Assembly: GCF_009914755.1 (NCBI RefSeq)
Contig: NC_060925.1
Source: the human T2T-CHM13v2.0 reference genome, Homo sapiens
DNA length: 64,000 bases
Direction: 5' to 3' (one strand)
A program made the position numbers and the translations under genes. Below the pieces are notes generated by a model, which worked only from the letters and a program-made list of their open reading frames with translations, searched no databases and was not told the origin of the DNA. Positions 41,150 to 57,248 of the stretch are shown piece by piece. The first letter of the stretch is position 1. Each line of letters starts with the position of its first letter.

Positions 41150-41860
41150 TAGTATAATTCATTCATTCATTTACTCATTCAACAAGTGTTTATTGAATGT
41201 CTACCAGAAACTTCCTTAGGTACTGTGGATACAATCATATGAATGAAATCCCTTATAGCATTGTATTTTAATGGAGAGACGGTAGACAATAAAAAAGCAA
41301 ATAAATATTTAATAAGTCATGTGGTAGGAAGTGCTAAAAAGAAAAACAAGGTAAGGCAGTAGGGAGTGATGGAAGAAGGATGTTTGTATGACAAGTCGTG
41401 AAAGAACAAGCCACATGGACATCTAGGAAAGAGCACACCAAGCAGAGAAACTGCAAGTGCAAAATCTTAAGACCAAAAGGCTTTGTACATTGGAGTGAGC
41501 TGGCAGGAAACAAAATTGAAGAGGTATTCAGGGACCAAATGGTGTAGGGCCCTGGAAGCTTTGAAAAGCAGTGTGGATTTTATTCTAAGTGTGATGGAAA
41601 GTCATTAGAGGACCGAGAGCAGAGAGTGAAATGACCAAATTTACAGTGTAAAAGGACTATTCTAGTTGCTTATGGAGAACAGACTGTGGTGGGTCAAGAC
41701 TGAGTTGGGAGACTAGTAAAAAGGCTACTTCAGCAACCTAGATGAGAGATCATGGTGGCTTGAACCAGGGTGTTGAATGTAATAAAGTGGTTAAGAAGTA
41801 CTTTTGATACCAGAGTTAACTAGATTTGCTAATGGACTGGATGTGGGAGTGGGTGAAATG
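41150..41860 (-). mobile_element. L2 3' fragment
   Basis: (ATTC)n tail, CAACAAGTGTTTATTGAATGTCTAC, GGATTTTATTCTAAGTGTGATGGAAAG, GGTGGCTTGAACCAGGGTG. Confidence 0.7.
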
Positions 41861-43493
41861 ATAATTCTCTGATTTTTGGCCCAATTAACATGTGTGTGTA
41901 AACGTATGTGTGTGCATAAACATGTATTCTGGGTGGATATTGGTGCCACTCTATTGTGTTGGGGTTTTGCTGCTGTCATGTTGGAGGCACAGTCTGTGAT
42001 AGAGGCAGAGAACTCTGTTTCCTGCTACACATTACTGAGTTTGTACCAAACCTGAAACTGCCACCCCAGTTGCCAAATATCACTCATCGCAGATCTTGGA
42101 TTCAGAAGTAATCATTAGAAATAATATTAGGTGCCCTCCCTTCTAAGATGGAAGTCCTCTTTGCCACATTTCCAACAGATGGCCACACAACCTCTGCTTG
42201 AAAACTTCCTGGAGAAGGGGCTCAGTGAAACATGAGGGAGCCCATTCTGCACTGGACTATATTATTACACTATAGGATATTCTTTCTTAGATTTAATTGA
42301 AATCCTCCATATGGTAAGTTGCAAACACTGGCCATAGTTTTTTGCTGCCTCATACAGCATTTAATAGCTTACAAATCTCTCTCCTCTACCTTATCTTGTT
42401 CAAATTTCACTACAATCCCGTAAGGTAAATTGTTATCCTCATTTTATACATGAAAACAACTGAAAGGTGACATAGCGAATAAATGGTGCTGCAACTTCAT
42501 CCTAGTCATCTAGACCTAAAATTTATCTTTAGAGTTTCCATATGCAAAGAGACTTCTTAGAATTATGCCTTATAATACGGCACTCACCATAAGCCTCATT
42601 CCATTAATTTTCAGTGACACCTCTTATTTTACGTTCATCTCTTTGCTTTTCAATTTCAGTCTCACTTTGCCTAATATCTATAACTCTGCACTATATAACA
42701 TAAATATGATAATATATTAATAAATATATATTTGATATCAGGACCTAATAGATAGTGGTCTTCTTTAGTCTCTTCTTTAGTTACTTCCTGACAGTTACTA
42801 GTTTCTCCCTCTCTCTCTCTCTCTCTCCTGTGATCTAACTGAATTGCCCCTATTGCCTCCATGCCACCAATAGCATCCTAGTTTTAATAAGAGAAGAAGG
42901 AAAGAAATTGAGCTTGCGATCAGAGGGCCTGTGTTTGAGTCCAGCCCCTGCTACTCAACTAGCTATGTGTGTGACCTTAAGTAAGTCACATGAACATCTT
43001 GAGACTCACTTATCCCCTCTGTAAAATGAGGAAGCTGATTTCTATTCTTACGACTTTATAGGAATGTTGTTAATGCCAAATGGAATGAAGCCAGTTTGTG
43101 ACTGGGAAATGCATTCCTGAAGGTAGGTCAGTGGAATTGCTATATTCCTCAGCAACTTTCCTGATAGAGTCATTGTTAAAAAAATTCTGACTGTTCAATA
43201 TTCCCACAAAATTGACCATCCAAAATTGACCTACCACACATAAAATCTCATCAACCATAAAAAAGCCAGTTAGGAACAATGGGTAGGTAAATCTCACTCT
43301 CTGGGTATAAAAGAATACTATCTCACATTGGCATAACCATTAAAAATATCTTCTCATACCTCTAGTCTTTATTGTTTTTTTAATGTGAAATAATACACAG
43401 AAAAGCAGCTGTGGGTATGTGTCATATGCTCTATAAATGTTACTTGAATACATTAATATATTTTGTGCTAATTGTATGCACAGATTAATATGA

Positions 43494-43796
<303 letters not shown>

Positions 43797-45172
43797 TAGC
43801 CTTTTTGATGCCTATATTTTAATCCTGAAACAAAATTAAATAGGGTGATATTTAAATGTTTGACTGGGGTAACATAATGCTTAAACTCATTGTTATCCTT
43901 ATACGTAGTTAAAGCTTTCACTCCACCCAGGACATCCCAGGGGATGTGAACTGCTGAGGAAATCCCCCTCCTCCAGTGCTGCTTGCCACAGAGGGAATAA
44001 AACTTCTTGGTTCTTGTGTTGCAGCCCTGGCTTTTGGTGGGTGAACCACTTCAAAGACAATGTGAGTTGAAGTAAGAGACATTCTGGATATTTTCAAGCT
44101 TTTAGTGTCCACACATGTAAAACACTGAACGCAAGACAAGAATTTTTGCCAAGGAGAGTAGAGAATCAGATAAGCATCTACTGACATTGCAAACGTTTCT
44201 CTGGGCCAGGATGTTTTAGTTTTATTTTGTCTAGGGTCCAATTCTCTCACACACTCCACCCAAACACCACTCCTGCACCACTTCTAGTCTGTGGGAGGGA
44301 ACTTCATACACATTTTTCGAAAGGAAAAGTTTTAGAAGTTGGTCCAGATTGGAAGAAAAGGTTGCTGCAAGATTCAGGAAGCTTTTCCCTGGCCCTAAAC
44401 CTACAAACTAAGATTCTAGACTTTTCCAACAGAGATTAAAGACTGTAGACACTGGGGATTCTGGTAACAGGAAATGTATTTATTCTCCTCACCGCAACTT
44501 CATTGAGAAGAGATGACAGTTTTGACTAGATGGTGAGAAAGAGACACAAGGTGTTAAACAGAACTCTGAAGTGTGAGCTACAAGGGAAGACTTAATCTCA
44601 AACTTCAGCATCCTCTTTCCATCATTTGGGTGGGCTGTGTTCTGGCTTCTAATAAAGTCTGTCTTAGGAGGGGTGTGGGAGGGGTGGGGACCAGAAGAAA
44701 GCCAGGCAGGGGACTGGGATGGTTCATACTTCCTTTAGTGCTCTGTTCTTGGGTTCCCTGAGGTTGTTGACTAGGCTGGCCAATTAGCTCTTCCTAACTT
44801 TCTAAAAGTACAGGAAAAGACTGCTTTTGGAGGGAGTTCTGGAAGGCAGTGTAGTCAGTGGGAGGAGATGGCCAGATAGCTGGATTCACTTTTGAAAGAA
44901 AGATGAGTGTGGGCATGATTTTTTCTGCCCTACTACCAAGTTCACATTTATGACTCACTATATGAATATCAACTTTTTATCTAAAAATAATTGGACACAA
45001 GACTTGTTCTTTCCCTGAGTCAAATTATGAAGTATACATAGAGCAATAATAGTTTTCATTTATTGACTCCCTTTTTATAAGGATTATGCAAATCACCCTA
45101 CATTTATGTCTACTAATCCTCATCAACCACAAGTCAAGCATTGCTAGCTCAATTTTGTAAATTAAAAACTCA

Positions 45173-45523
<351 letters not shown>

Positions 45524-45593
45524 TCACAGCAGAACTAGGATTCAAGAGCAGGCTGGTTTGATCTAAGCACTCTTAGCCCAAATAGGCTCATAC

Positions 45594-46227
45594 TGTCAGA
45601 GGCACGTGAACCAGAGCAACTCCATCTTAAATAGGAGCTGGGTGAAATGAGGGTGAGACCTACTGGGCTGCATTCCCAGATGGTTAAGGCATTCTAAGTC
45701 ACAGGAGTCATTCTAAGTCATAGGAGGTCGACACAAGATACAGGTCATAAAGACCTTGCTGATAAAACAGGTTGCAGTAAAGAAGCTGGCTAAATCCTAG
45801 CAAAACCAAGATGGCCATGAAAGTGATCTCTGGTTGTCCCCACTACTACATTCCCAGTTTACGAATGCCATGGCAATGTGAGGAAGTTACACTATATGGT
45901 CTAAACAGGGGGAGCATGAATAATCCACCCTTTGTTTAGCATATCATCAAGAAATAACCATAAAAATGGGCAACCAGCAGCCCTCAGGACTGCTCTGTCT
46001 ATGGAGTAGCCATTCTTTTATTTCTTTACTTTCTTAATAAACTTGCTTTCACTTTGCACTGCAGACTCACCCTGAATTCTTTCTTGCGCGAGATCAGAGA
46101 ACCCTCTCCTGGGGTCTGGATCATGACCCCTTTCCTGTAACTTATTTCTGGTGACCACAGGAAGGACCGTAGTGCAAACACCCTGACCCAACAGCTACCT
46201 TTGGGTAAGTGTTGGCGTCCTGTAATA
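45594..46227 (+). mobile_element. MER41 (A-type) LTR
   Basis: TGTCAGAGGC...GAACCAGAGCAACTCCATCTT start; AATAAACTTGCTTTCACTTT; ends CTGTAA. Confidence 0.85.
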
Positions 46228-47469
46228 ATGCTGCCCCATTATAATGCCAATATTCTTTATTTATTCAACAAACATTTGTTAAGCACTTACTAGGTCCCAA
46301 GCATTGTTTAGGGAATAGAATGGTGAACAAGACAGATATATCTTCCTTTCCCCCTTTAAATTTACAGCCCAGTTTGGAGGAGTGGGGAAGGTGAATGGAA
46401 AAAGTAAACAAGCAAATAGATAAATTAGGAAATTTTCAAATGCTGATAAATGCTATGGAGAGAATTAAAATAGAATGAAACTTTAATGGAAAGAGAGACA
46501 AGGTAACTACATTAGAAGGAAATCTCTCTGAGGAAGTATCATTTAAAATGCCAGTGCAATTATTAGATGAAAGAACATTTTAGATAGATAAAACAGCTTT
46601 TCACAGGCCCGCTTTTGGTATTTTGGATAAAACAATGCATTATTATGTGGGACTGTAATGCACATAGCAATACACTTAGCATTCTTAAGTGCCTAAATGA
46701 CAGTAGGTCTCCTAGTCAGTGACAACCAAATATGACCCCTATTCATTTCCAAACTGCCCTCTGGGGGTGCCTTCCTTCTCCCTGGTTGTTCAAAACCACC
46801 AGGCAACATCAGTGATCCAAAAACAAGAAAAAGCTTGGCATGTAGCAGGAATAAAATAAAGAACCATGTGGCTAGGATCGAGGGATGCCAAGAGATTATG
46901 CTGGAGAGGTAGACCGGGACACCGATTCAGTAGGGCTTTGTAAACTGGGGTGAGGAATTTAGATTATATTGTTAGTACTAAGGGAAGCCACTGAAAAGCA
47001 TAGTTTGTTTTTCAGGGGAATTGGAGATAAGTGGAAAATTTTGACATATGTTTTGATAGAGTTTTCAGGCCCTCTGATTTGGTGTTGGGTGCATGGGAAA
47101 GAGATGAATCAAGGATTACACCTACTATTTTTCACTCTGTTTCCTTCACAGCACCTATGGTAATTATTTCCTAGACTTTTTTTTTTTTTTTCCTATTTGT
47201 CTATTTCTCCAATTAGGTCCATGTCTACTTCTATTCTGGTGCTCAATGTAAATGTGCTGAATGAATAGTTGAACAAACAATATGGGCATCTCCTCTTACT
47301 CCTTAAATACAGATATGCTTGTTCTTTTTAATGGCTTTCTGCATACACCATCACATTTTCAGTTAGTTTTCTGCTAAGGATCATTTAGGTTATTCCCAAA
47401 TTTTGCTCTTTGAAAAAAAAAAGTGCTGCAGCATTCACACACACATCTTTGTGCATTTCCCTAAGATAA

Positions 47470-47803
<334 letters not shown>

Positions 47804-48114
47804 GTTATAACTTTGGATGATTATTGTCAAATTGCTCTCTGTAATTGTACCAATTCACATTCCCACCCATGTCATGTAGGAGTATCTTTTCTCTATACTA
47901 TATGCACTATTCTATATAATCATTTGTAGAAATTTTTATAAGACTGACAGGCAAAAATGATATCTTATTAAAAATTTGCATTTAAAAAATATTCGAGAAG
48001 CTGAAACTTTCATTTTTAGCTTTATTTATTGCCATTTATAATTCCCCTCTAGTGAATTGCCTAATGTAATTTACTCACTTAAAATTTAAGCTGTTGTCTT
48101 TTTGTTACTGGTTT

Positions 48115-48780
48115 TGTTACCAGTGGTGAAGCTGTATGAGTCTGCAGCAAACTTGATCCTTGCCTCCTGGGAAGAAAAAATTCAGCTGAGGGACAGAAGT
48201 AGATTTAAGGCAGAGGGAGAGACTGAAGCAAGCTTTAGAGCAGGAGTGAGACTTTATTAAAAAGTTTTAGAGAAGGAGCAAAAGGAAGCAAAATACACTT
48301 GGAAGAGGGCCAAGGGAGTGACTTGAGAGATCCAAGTGCCCCGTTGAGCCCTTGGCTTGGGATTTTTATACATTGGCTTGGTTTTGGGGTTTGCATTTCT
48401 CCTCCCCTGATTCTTCCTTTAGGGTGGTCTCTCCACATGTGCAGTGGCCTGCCAGTACCTGGGAGGGGCCACATGCATAGTACGTTTACTGAGGTTGTGT
48501 GCATGCTCTCTAGGGGTGATTTTCCTTTACTGGTGAAATATCCCCAGAGGAAGGTCATACATCTGCCGTTTTGCCTCTTAGAGCACGTGCTTGAGCCTGC
48601 TCACTCAACTCTTGAGATCTTATCAGGAAGCTGCTGATCACTAGCTACAGGTGTTTTCTATCTATTGGGAGATTATCTTCCCCTGGCAGCGGCTGTAAGC
48701 AATTCTCATTTCAGAGTCACCTGACATTCCCGGGGGGGCCCTCCCTTTCCTGTTCAAGTATGCCTAACTAGCCAGTCTAG
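48115..48780 (-). mobile_element. ERV1 solo LTR (MER66-like) inserted in an old L1
   Basis: TGTTACCAG at the left end; TTTATT (minus-strand AATAAA) at about 48253; GCCTAACTAGCC at the right end; flanked by T-rich L1-like sequence. Confidence 0.55.
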
Positions 48781-51700
48781 GAGTTTATGGCCTCTCTTTA
48801 TATGGCATGAAGGTAACTCTTTATCTGTTGCATGTATTACAAATGTTTCCTCCCATTGTGTATTCTGTTAACTTTTTCCATGCAGAAAGTTTAATTTTTT
48901 TAAATAAATCTATTTCCCTTATAGCTTCTTGTCACTCTTAGACTTACCTCACTTTATAACTATTAAATCTACTTTTCTCTGTTTCTAATATAAAGTTTTT
49001 TTGGTGTTTTAGCTCCAGGATGTATTTAAAAATTTATTTACTGTGGGGTGGGTAGTAAATTTAATTTTTTCAAAATAGAGAACTGATAACAATGCCATTT
49101 TAAAAATACTGATTCATTTGAAATGACAGTACTATTTTAGGCTAAGCTTCCCTTTGTGCTTGGGTTTGGTTCTGAACTCTCTTCTGTTCTTTTGATCCCA
49201 TTGTTTATTACTGGACTAATAACTTTATTTTAATAAATATATTATTATTAAATATACTTTAATATACATGTCTACTGTTAAGCATATATGTTAAATATAT
49301 TTTAATATATTTAAATATGTACCTTTATAACATTTTCCTTCAAAGTCTTTTTGGCAAATTTTGTATATTTATTCTTTATACAGATTTTATAATCAATTTG
49401 TCAAATGCTCCTCCCTTCCTCCCACTTCTCTGCCATAGTGTATTCTATTTGATTAGAATTACATGGAATTTATTATAATATAACTTGGGGGGGAATTTGA
49501 GTGCCTTACACTATAAAGTTTACCTTTCTATGAAAATCTGGTGTGACTCAGCATTTATTTAGGTGTCTTATATTCCTTCAGAAAAGTCATAGTTTTCTTT
49601 ACATAGATTTTGTGCATTTCTTAATCTTTTTCCTATATATCTTATAGTTTTATAACTTCTTATCATGAATGTGCTGGATTTTTTTTTCTTATTCTTTGAT
49701 GCTTTCCATCTTCTTGAACTCAAACTGTCAAATCCTGCTTTCCCAAAGGGTCTTGCTCTCAGGTTATTACCCACAGGTGCATAATAAAATGTTAGCTGTT
49801 AACGAAGGTGTTGGCTGACAATTGGGAAGTGTGTTAGGGACAGTTCATTTCCTAGTCTCTTTGCTCCCTGACAGAGTCTCTTTTGCTTCCCCTGCTCTGC
49901 CTTGGCCCCTGCCCTCTGTGCTTCCCAGACTTCTGGAGGCACTGGTGGGAAATGCAGGGGCAGAGGAGAGGAGGAATCTGGGACTTCTCTCCCTTCCTTC
50001 CTGATTCACACAGCAGCTCCACCAACAGCTGCGTCCTCCCCATGTCTGCACTACTGCCTGGGAGTCTGGCTTTGACTCCAGCCTCTGCAAGTGGCCACCA
50101 GGTTTTAGTAATCACTTCTCCTTCCTTTGTCTGCCTGGCTAATGGGGCTAGTGCCCCACCATCCCCCATTGCCTTCTCTGCTCTCTGTTTACTTGTGCAA
50201 ACATTTGCTATTTTAAACACTTGCAGTGGCGTTCTTTTTCCTGGTTGGACCCTCACTGATACACATTTTTTCAAGGGTTTTTTGAATTCAGAAAGAAATA
50301 AGATGAATTTTCATAACAAGTCTATGGAATATATGGTGTGATTAGGTCTACCGGGAGAATTTCAGGCAGGACAGCTGTTGCGGGACTGAGATTCTGCAGT
50401 TGGTGGCAAGGAGGAGGAGAAGAAGGAGGTTGGTGAGGAAGGTAGAGAGGAGAAACTCAGTGGCCATTCTAGGCACTTTCTAACAACAATCTTGCATGGT
50501 AGATATTTCCATTTCTACAGATGAGAAAACACAGATGTGTGCACATACGCTAATGTCATACTGTAAGTAGCCAAGCCATGGTCTACCTACACAATTTTGC
50601 TTCTGAAAACCAAAAGAAACAAACAAATATTTTATAGTATAATTGCAGCGGTGAAATTCATATTAGATAGACAACTTTTTCCTAGTACTCTTGCTGTCTT
50701 GCCCACACTGACCCCTTGGGAAGTCCAGAAATGGCTCTTTATGCTACCTGGGCCTCTGTCTATCTGTTGTCTGCAAAGCCTTGGCCACGCCTGTAGAGTC
50801 TTGTTTAATATAGCATCTGATTTTGATTATCAGTAGTTTGGTGTCTTTAAAGAACATTAATCACTAATGTTTCTTTCAACTCTTTTTAAAATCTAATTTT
50901 GCTCTTTCTCAACTCAAACTGAAAGTGGGTCAAAGTAGGCCCTAGATGTTTAGACTTGCTCAAGATAATTAAATAGGCAACATTTATATCTGGTGATCTC
51001 TTTTCACTTTAGGAATTTTTCCCTTTGTTTTTGAGTTTCCTTACCTAAGGTGTTATACCACTCCAGGCCAGGAGGCTCCATTTCTTTCTGTCTTTATCTT
51101 TTGCCTTTTATCAAAATTCAGCCTTCTTGAGTTTCATTCTCTCACTTGATAATGGTAGGCGATTGAATGAGTTCAAAATTCACCCTGGAGAAAGTATTAG
51201 GCTAATTTGTAATTCTTCTCAGGTAACTCAGTGCCTTTACACACTTAAAATGTGTTTTTTTCCTTATAAGGCCCATCAGGACCATTGCAGTGGTGGGGAT
51301 TATAGTAATTTCATGGGTTAGGTGGGAGATCCTTTTGGAGAAAGGGGTTTTTTACTTCAGCCAGGTATGGCATTTGGTTCCATCTGCTCCACTCATGGGT
51401 TGTATCTGGATCTTAGCTTTTATATAAAATACGGTTTTTAAGCCACACTTGAATGTAGCCTTCAGTTCCATGAGAGTTTTCAATGGGGGGGTTGATGGAA
51501 GAGGACAGAAATACAAGTGTGACTTATGAAATTTTGTCATACATTGGATTTGTACCAATGATTTTATCAAGTGTCAGGGACCTCTTAAGCTTGATGTGTC
51601 TTCTAGCAGTCTAGCATCTGGGTGCTCATACCTCCTTGTGTCTGAGTTTGAGATTAGCCATACTGCACACTAGCACATTGCTTAGCAGGACAGAATTCTC

Positions 51701-52729
51701 AGCTGGCATTCCCATGGATTAGCCGTGGTGGATTTGGCTTAAGACAGCCCTTCTGATGGAGAGGCATTAAGATGGGCCGAGGAGTCAGAAGCCTAGTTCC
51801 AATTCTCCTACCATAGCAGCCAGGTCATTTTGCTTGAGTAGTCTTCAATTTTTCTTCTCAGTAGATGAAACACATAGACTCGAAACATTTAGAAGTTCCT
51901 TCCACGGTTTGCGGGACTCTGGGGATTGAGATTATTTATTTCCCTTTATGCACCTGCAATTCCTCAGCAGTAAAGGGATCTGAAGAGAGCACAAACAGCA
52001 GATAGCTTCTCTTTTGTGGTGCAGCCAGGCATCTGTAGCATTCCAGCAAGCTCCCAGCACTCTTCTTCCGCCTGCCAGAGAGTAGGGCAGGCCTAATAAG
52101 GTCAAGATACAGAAAATGCAGGGGGTTGAGGAAGGGAGGGGCAGATATTGTGAAGTGATATGCTCACAGCTCAGTGAGGGATCCGGTCTGTCTTGCTCAC
52201 CATGGCATTCTTGGTCCCTGCATTGAGATGAGCATAGAGTGAGTGCTCAGTAAGTACTTGTTGAATGAATGACACTTTAACTGTGACAGGGAGTCGCAGA
52301 TGTAAGTGCAAACTCAAGGTTACTTTTATCTCTAGTAGGTTGTGATACAGGTTAAATTTCTCTGGGTATGTGAACTAGTGTTATTTCTATTTTCAAACAG
52401 AATACACTGAGTTCCCAAATCCTCTGGGGTTTACAATCTAGAAGCTTCACTGACAGCTCTAGAGCAAGAATATCTAACCTTTGGTGCAATGATTATTGAC
52501 TATTCAAATAACAACTTCAGTAACATCACTGAATGAAAACTCTTCTCATCACTTTTGAGATACTCAATGATAAAGCCTTATAAAAGACCTGAATTGACTT
52601 AAACCTTCCCCTTTCATTTGGAATTGGAATCTCACATTAAAAAAAGTCTTCTGACCTTGAAATTTCTTGCATCTTGACATTTCATTTATTTATAAATCAA
52701 TTTATCCAATCATTTATTAAATATATATA

Positions 52730-54065
52730 TAAATTTTTTTTCTTCTAACTTTTTTTTTAGGTTCAGGGGGTACATGTGCTGGTTCGTCACATGGGTAAAT
52801 TGTATGTTGCTGGGATTTGGTGTACAAATGTTTTTGTCACCCAGGTAGTGAGCAGAGTATCTAATAAGTAGTTTTCCGATCCTCACCCTTCTCCTACTTT
52901 CTACCCTCAAGTAGGCCTTGGTGTCTATTGTTCACCTATTTGTGTACATGTGTACTCTGTTCAGCTCCCACTTATAAGTGAGAACGTGCAGTATTTGGTT
53001 TTCTGTTTCTGCACTAATTTGCTTAGGATAATGGCCTCCAACTCTATCCATGTTCCTGCAAAGGACATAATTTTATTTTATTTATGGCTGCATAGTATTC
53101 TATGGTATATATATATATATATATACCACATTTTCTTTATCCAGTCCATCGTTGATGGACATCTAGGTTAATTACATGTCTGTTATTGTGAAAAGTGCTG
53201 TGATGAATGTACACGTGCATGTGTCTTTTTGGTAGAATGATTTGCTTTCTTTAGGATGCATACCCGGTAATGGGATTGCTAGGTTGAATGGTAGTTCTAC
53301 TTTAAGTTCTTTGAGAAATCTCTGAGCAGCTTTCCACAGTGGCTGAACTAATTTACATTCCCACCAGCAGTGTATAAATGTCTCCTTTTCTCTGCAACCT
53401 CACCGGCATCTATTATTTTTTGTCTTTTTAATAATAGCCATCCTGACAGGTGTGAGATGATATCTCACTGTGGTTTTGAATTGCATTTCTCTAATAATTA
53501 GTAATGATGAGCATGTTTTTATATGCCTGTTGGCTGGATTCATGTCTTCTTTTGAAAAGTGTCTGTTCATGACCTTTGCTCATTTTTTAATTGGGTTTTG
53601 CTTTTTGCTTGTTGATTTGTTTAAGTTCCTTATAGATTCTGGATATTAGATCTTTGTCAGATGCATAGTTTGCAAATATTTTCTCCCATTCTGTAGGCTC
53701 TCTGTTTACTCTGTTGATAGTTTCTTTTGCTCTGCACAAGCTCCAGCTTAATTAGGCCCCACTTGTCAATTTTTGTTTCTGTTGCAATTTCTGTTGGAGT
53801 TTCTGTCATGAAATCTTTTCCAAGGCCTATGTCCAGAATGATATTTGCTAGGTTTTCTTCTAGGGTTTTTATAGTTTTAGGTTTTATGTTTGAGTCTTTA
53901 GTCCATCTTGAGTTGATTTTTGTATATGGTAAAAAGAAGGAGTCCAGTTTCAATCTTTCGTATATGGCTAGCCAGTTATCTCAGCACCATTTATTGACTA
54001 GGGAATCTTTCTGCATTTCTTGTTATTGTTGACTTTGTTGAAGATCAGATGGTTGTAGGTGTACA
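52730..54065 (-). mobile_element. 5'-truncated L1 (L1PB-like): ORF2 C-terminus plus 3'UTR
   Basis: Minus-strand ORF 53657..53953 [34 protein letters not shown] is L1 ORF2; typical antisense 3'UTR with poly-T at about 52735. Confidence 0.9.
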
Positions 54066-54831
54066 GCTACATAGACTGTACACAAGATGCAATAGTATTA
54101 GCGATGGGGGTTGGCATTTTTCCCATGAAGAATCCAGGCAACATTTCACAACACTAGATAATGGGGAGTTTGAAGATGCTAGATTGTGGAAAGGTCAGAG
54201 ATTGGAATGCTAGATTCCTTAGCATGCTAAATTTTAGCTTTTCTGTAAAAATTTTAGAGATTTTCATTTCTATTTAAGTCACTCTGTCTCACGAATAGTC
54301 TTTTTATTCATTAATTTATTTTATTCTCATGCATTCACAATTGTGAAAGTGGAGCACAGTGATCATGCTACCAAGAAGTCTTATTACCTATCAGTTAAAT
54401 TTTGATACATTTTTTATGCACATATGCACATCTCTGGTGTTTCAAATCTAAAAGAAATTATTCAGAATTAGTACCTTTGCTATATGTTAAATGCACAGTC
54501 CAAAAGCTGGTCATTATTATAAAAACAAACTTACTTAATTCCAAGGATATTGTGATCCAACATTCAGAAAAATTGAGAGATTTATCTTTGGATATTGTGA
54601 TTCAACATTCAGAATAATTGAGAGATTTATCTTTAAAAAAGGAAATGCCCCTTTTCAAAAAATTAAATATAAGATAATTGTTTACTTAGCAAATAATTAC
54701 CACAGGTTCAACTCAAGGCACTAACAGATAATATGACCTAGGAATATATTATGAGTCTATAGGTTGTTCCTAAGGCCTAGGAATAAAGGAATCCATCTCT
54801 AATTTTCTCAGAGTTTTCCTTTCATTAATAG

Positions 54832-55233
<402 letters not shown>

Positions 55234-55766
55234 TAATTTTTAATCTGGGAAATATATACATTTCAAAAGGTATGTATCATTTAACAAATATTCTTTGAAT
55301 ATCTATCTGATATGTTAGGCTCTGGGCTAGGTATGGCTATATAGAGATAAAGGAAAACCAATCCTTGTTTTCAAGGAGGTTAATGGTGAGGTGGTAATAT
55401 CAGATGCATAGCAAATTCTGTGAGATGAATACTATGGAAAGAATGAACACAAAATGCTATGACAGCACAGCACAAACAAAAGACCTCTAACTCAGTCTTA
55501 GTGGGCAGGGAAGGCTTCATGAGGGTAGGTCCAATTGAAGCAGCTTAAAAAGTTTCTCGGAGAAGAAAGGATCAATGAATGAAGGGGTAGGAGAGCACAG
55601 CCCACTGTTGTCTTTGTCAGCAGTGTGTGTGACTGGAGCATAGGCCATTTGTAGGGGAGTATCAGGAGGTAGTTTAGGAGTGGGGCATCTCATGGAAGGT
55701 TTTGCATGACATAGCGACTGAACTTTTAGTAATAAATTAACTGATACACGCTTCTCTCTTTCTGCC

Positions 55767-56090
<324 letters not shown>

Positions 56091-57174
56091 TGATTAGCCT
56101 AAGAACTGTCCTGCCATGGCACAATTAGCTAGGATTGTGTATGTGTACTGCTTTAAAGAAGGGCTATTATAGAAACACTCAGGAAAATATGATCCCATCA
56201 GGATGTAAGCTCTCTAAGGAGACAACTTATTGCCAGGTGTCCCGTGAATCTACAACAGTCTATAGTGGTATTCAATGAATATGTGTTAAATTAATGAAGA
56301 ATCAGATTCTTGGCTGTTCAGTCTCAAGAGCTTATTTTAAGTTATAAGAACTCATGTTCTGGAGTCTCAGTAGTCCCAAAGTCTCAGATAATCAAGTTAA
56401 AGACTAATATAATAGATTTGGAAGGGTGGGGATCAGTCAGAGCTAGCTTTTACTATTATAGATTAGAAAACTCTTCTACCTCTGTGGGAAAGATGTGCTC
56501 TGGATGGGAAGCAGTAATGTGTATTGCAGCAGTAAATGCTCATGTGCGTTCCTGAGAAAGGACCTTCTCCATGCCCTCCTTCAGGCTCAGTCTGGAAATG
56601 AAAGGAGCATATGATACAAATCCAATGTGTATTTGTGGGGTCAGAGAGCAGAAAGTGACTATGATTTATAATCTCAGTGAAGCCAGGCGTGATGACAGTT
56701 TTGTCGACGTTTCCCTGTACTCTGAATAAGGTGGGAGTAGTGGAGTAGAGGGGACCACGTGTGATATTTAAGTCAAAAGACCCCAATAGGGCATGCAGAA
56801 CAACTAAATATATTCTGGATGCCCACTAAGAACAGTATGGAAGTCTCTGAGAGAGAGCCCAACCTAAGCAGATCTCTGAGTGGGGCAAGAAGAATGTAGC
56901 TGTGTCTTGTACAGCACAGAAACCATAAACCAGATGGGTGAGACAGTGTCTCTGTTGATGCCAAAGGGGACAGGTGAAGACTGAAGGTCAGGTGATTGTC
57001 CTCCTCCTTCCCTGTGCCTTGATGCACATGGGATGGGATCTGGGATACTGCTTAGACACAACCAGGGGGAACAGTGGAGAAATAAATTCAAATAATTGAG
57101 AAAATGGAATTAAATTAAGATGTAATTTCCTCCAGCAATGGAATGGGTGCAGAAAATAAAAATTAAGATGAGTG

Positions 57175-57217
57175 GTGATTAGTCAGTGTTCTCTTAGAAG
57201 GACAGAACTAACAGGAT

Positions 57218-57248
<31 letters not shown>

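Noticed and set aside
41121-41176. 28-bp tandem duplication
   Set aside because: Slippage within the (ATTC)n tail of an L2; ordinary
49822-50341. Cluster of overlapping ORFs on both strands
   Set aside because: Probably an old LTR-derived pyrimidine-rich segment; no protein family recognised
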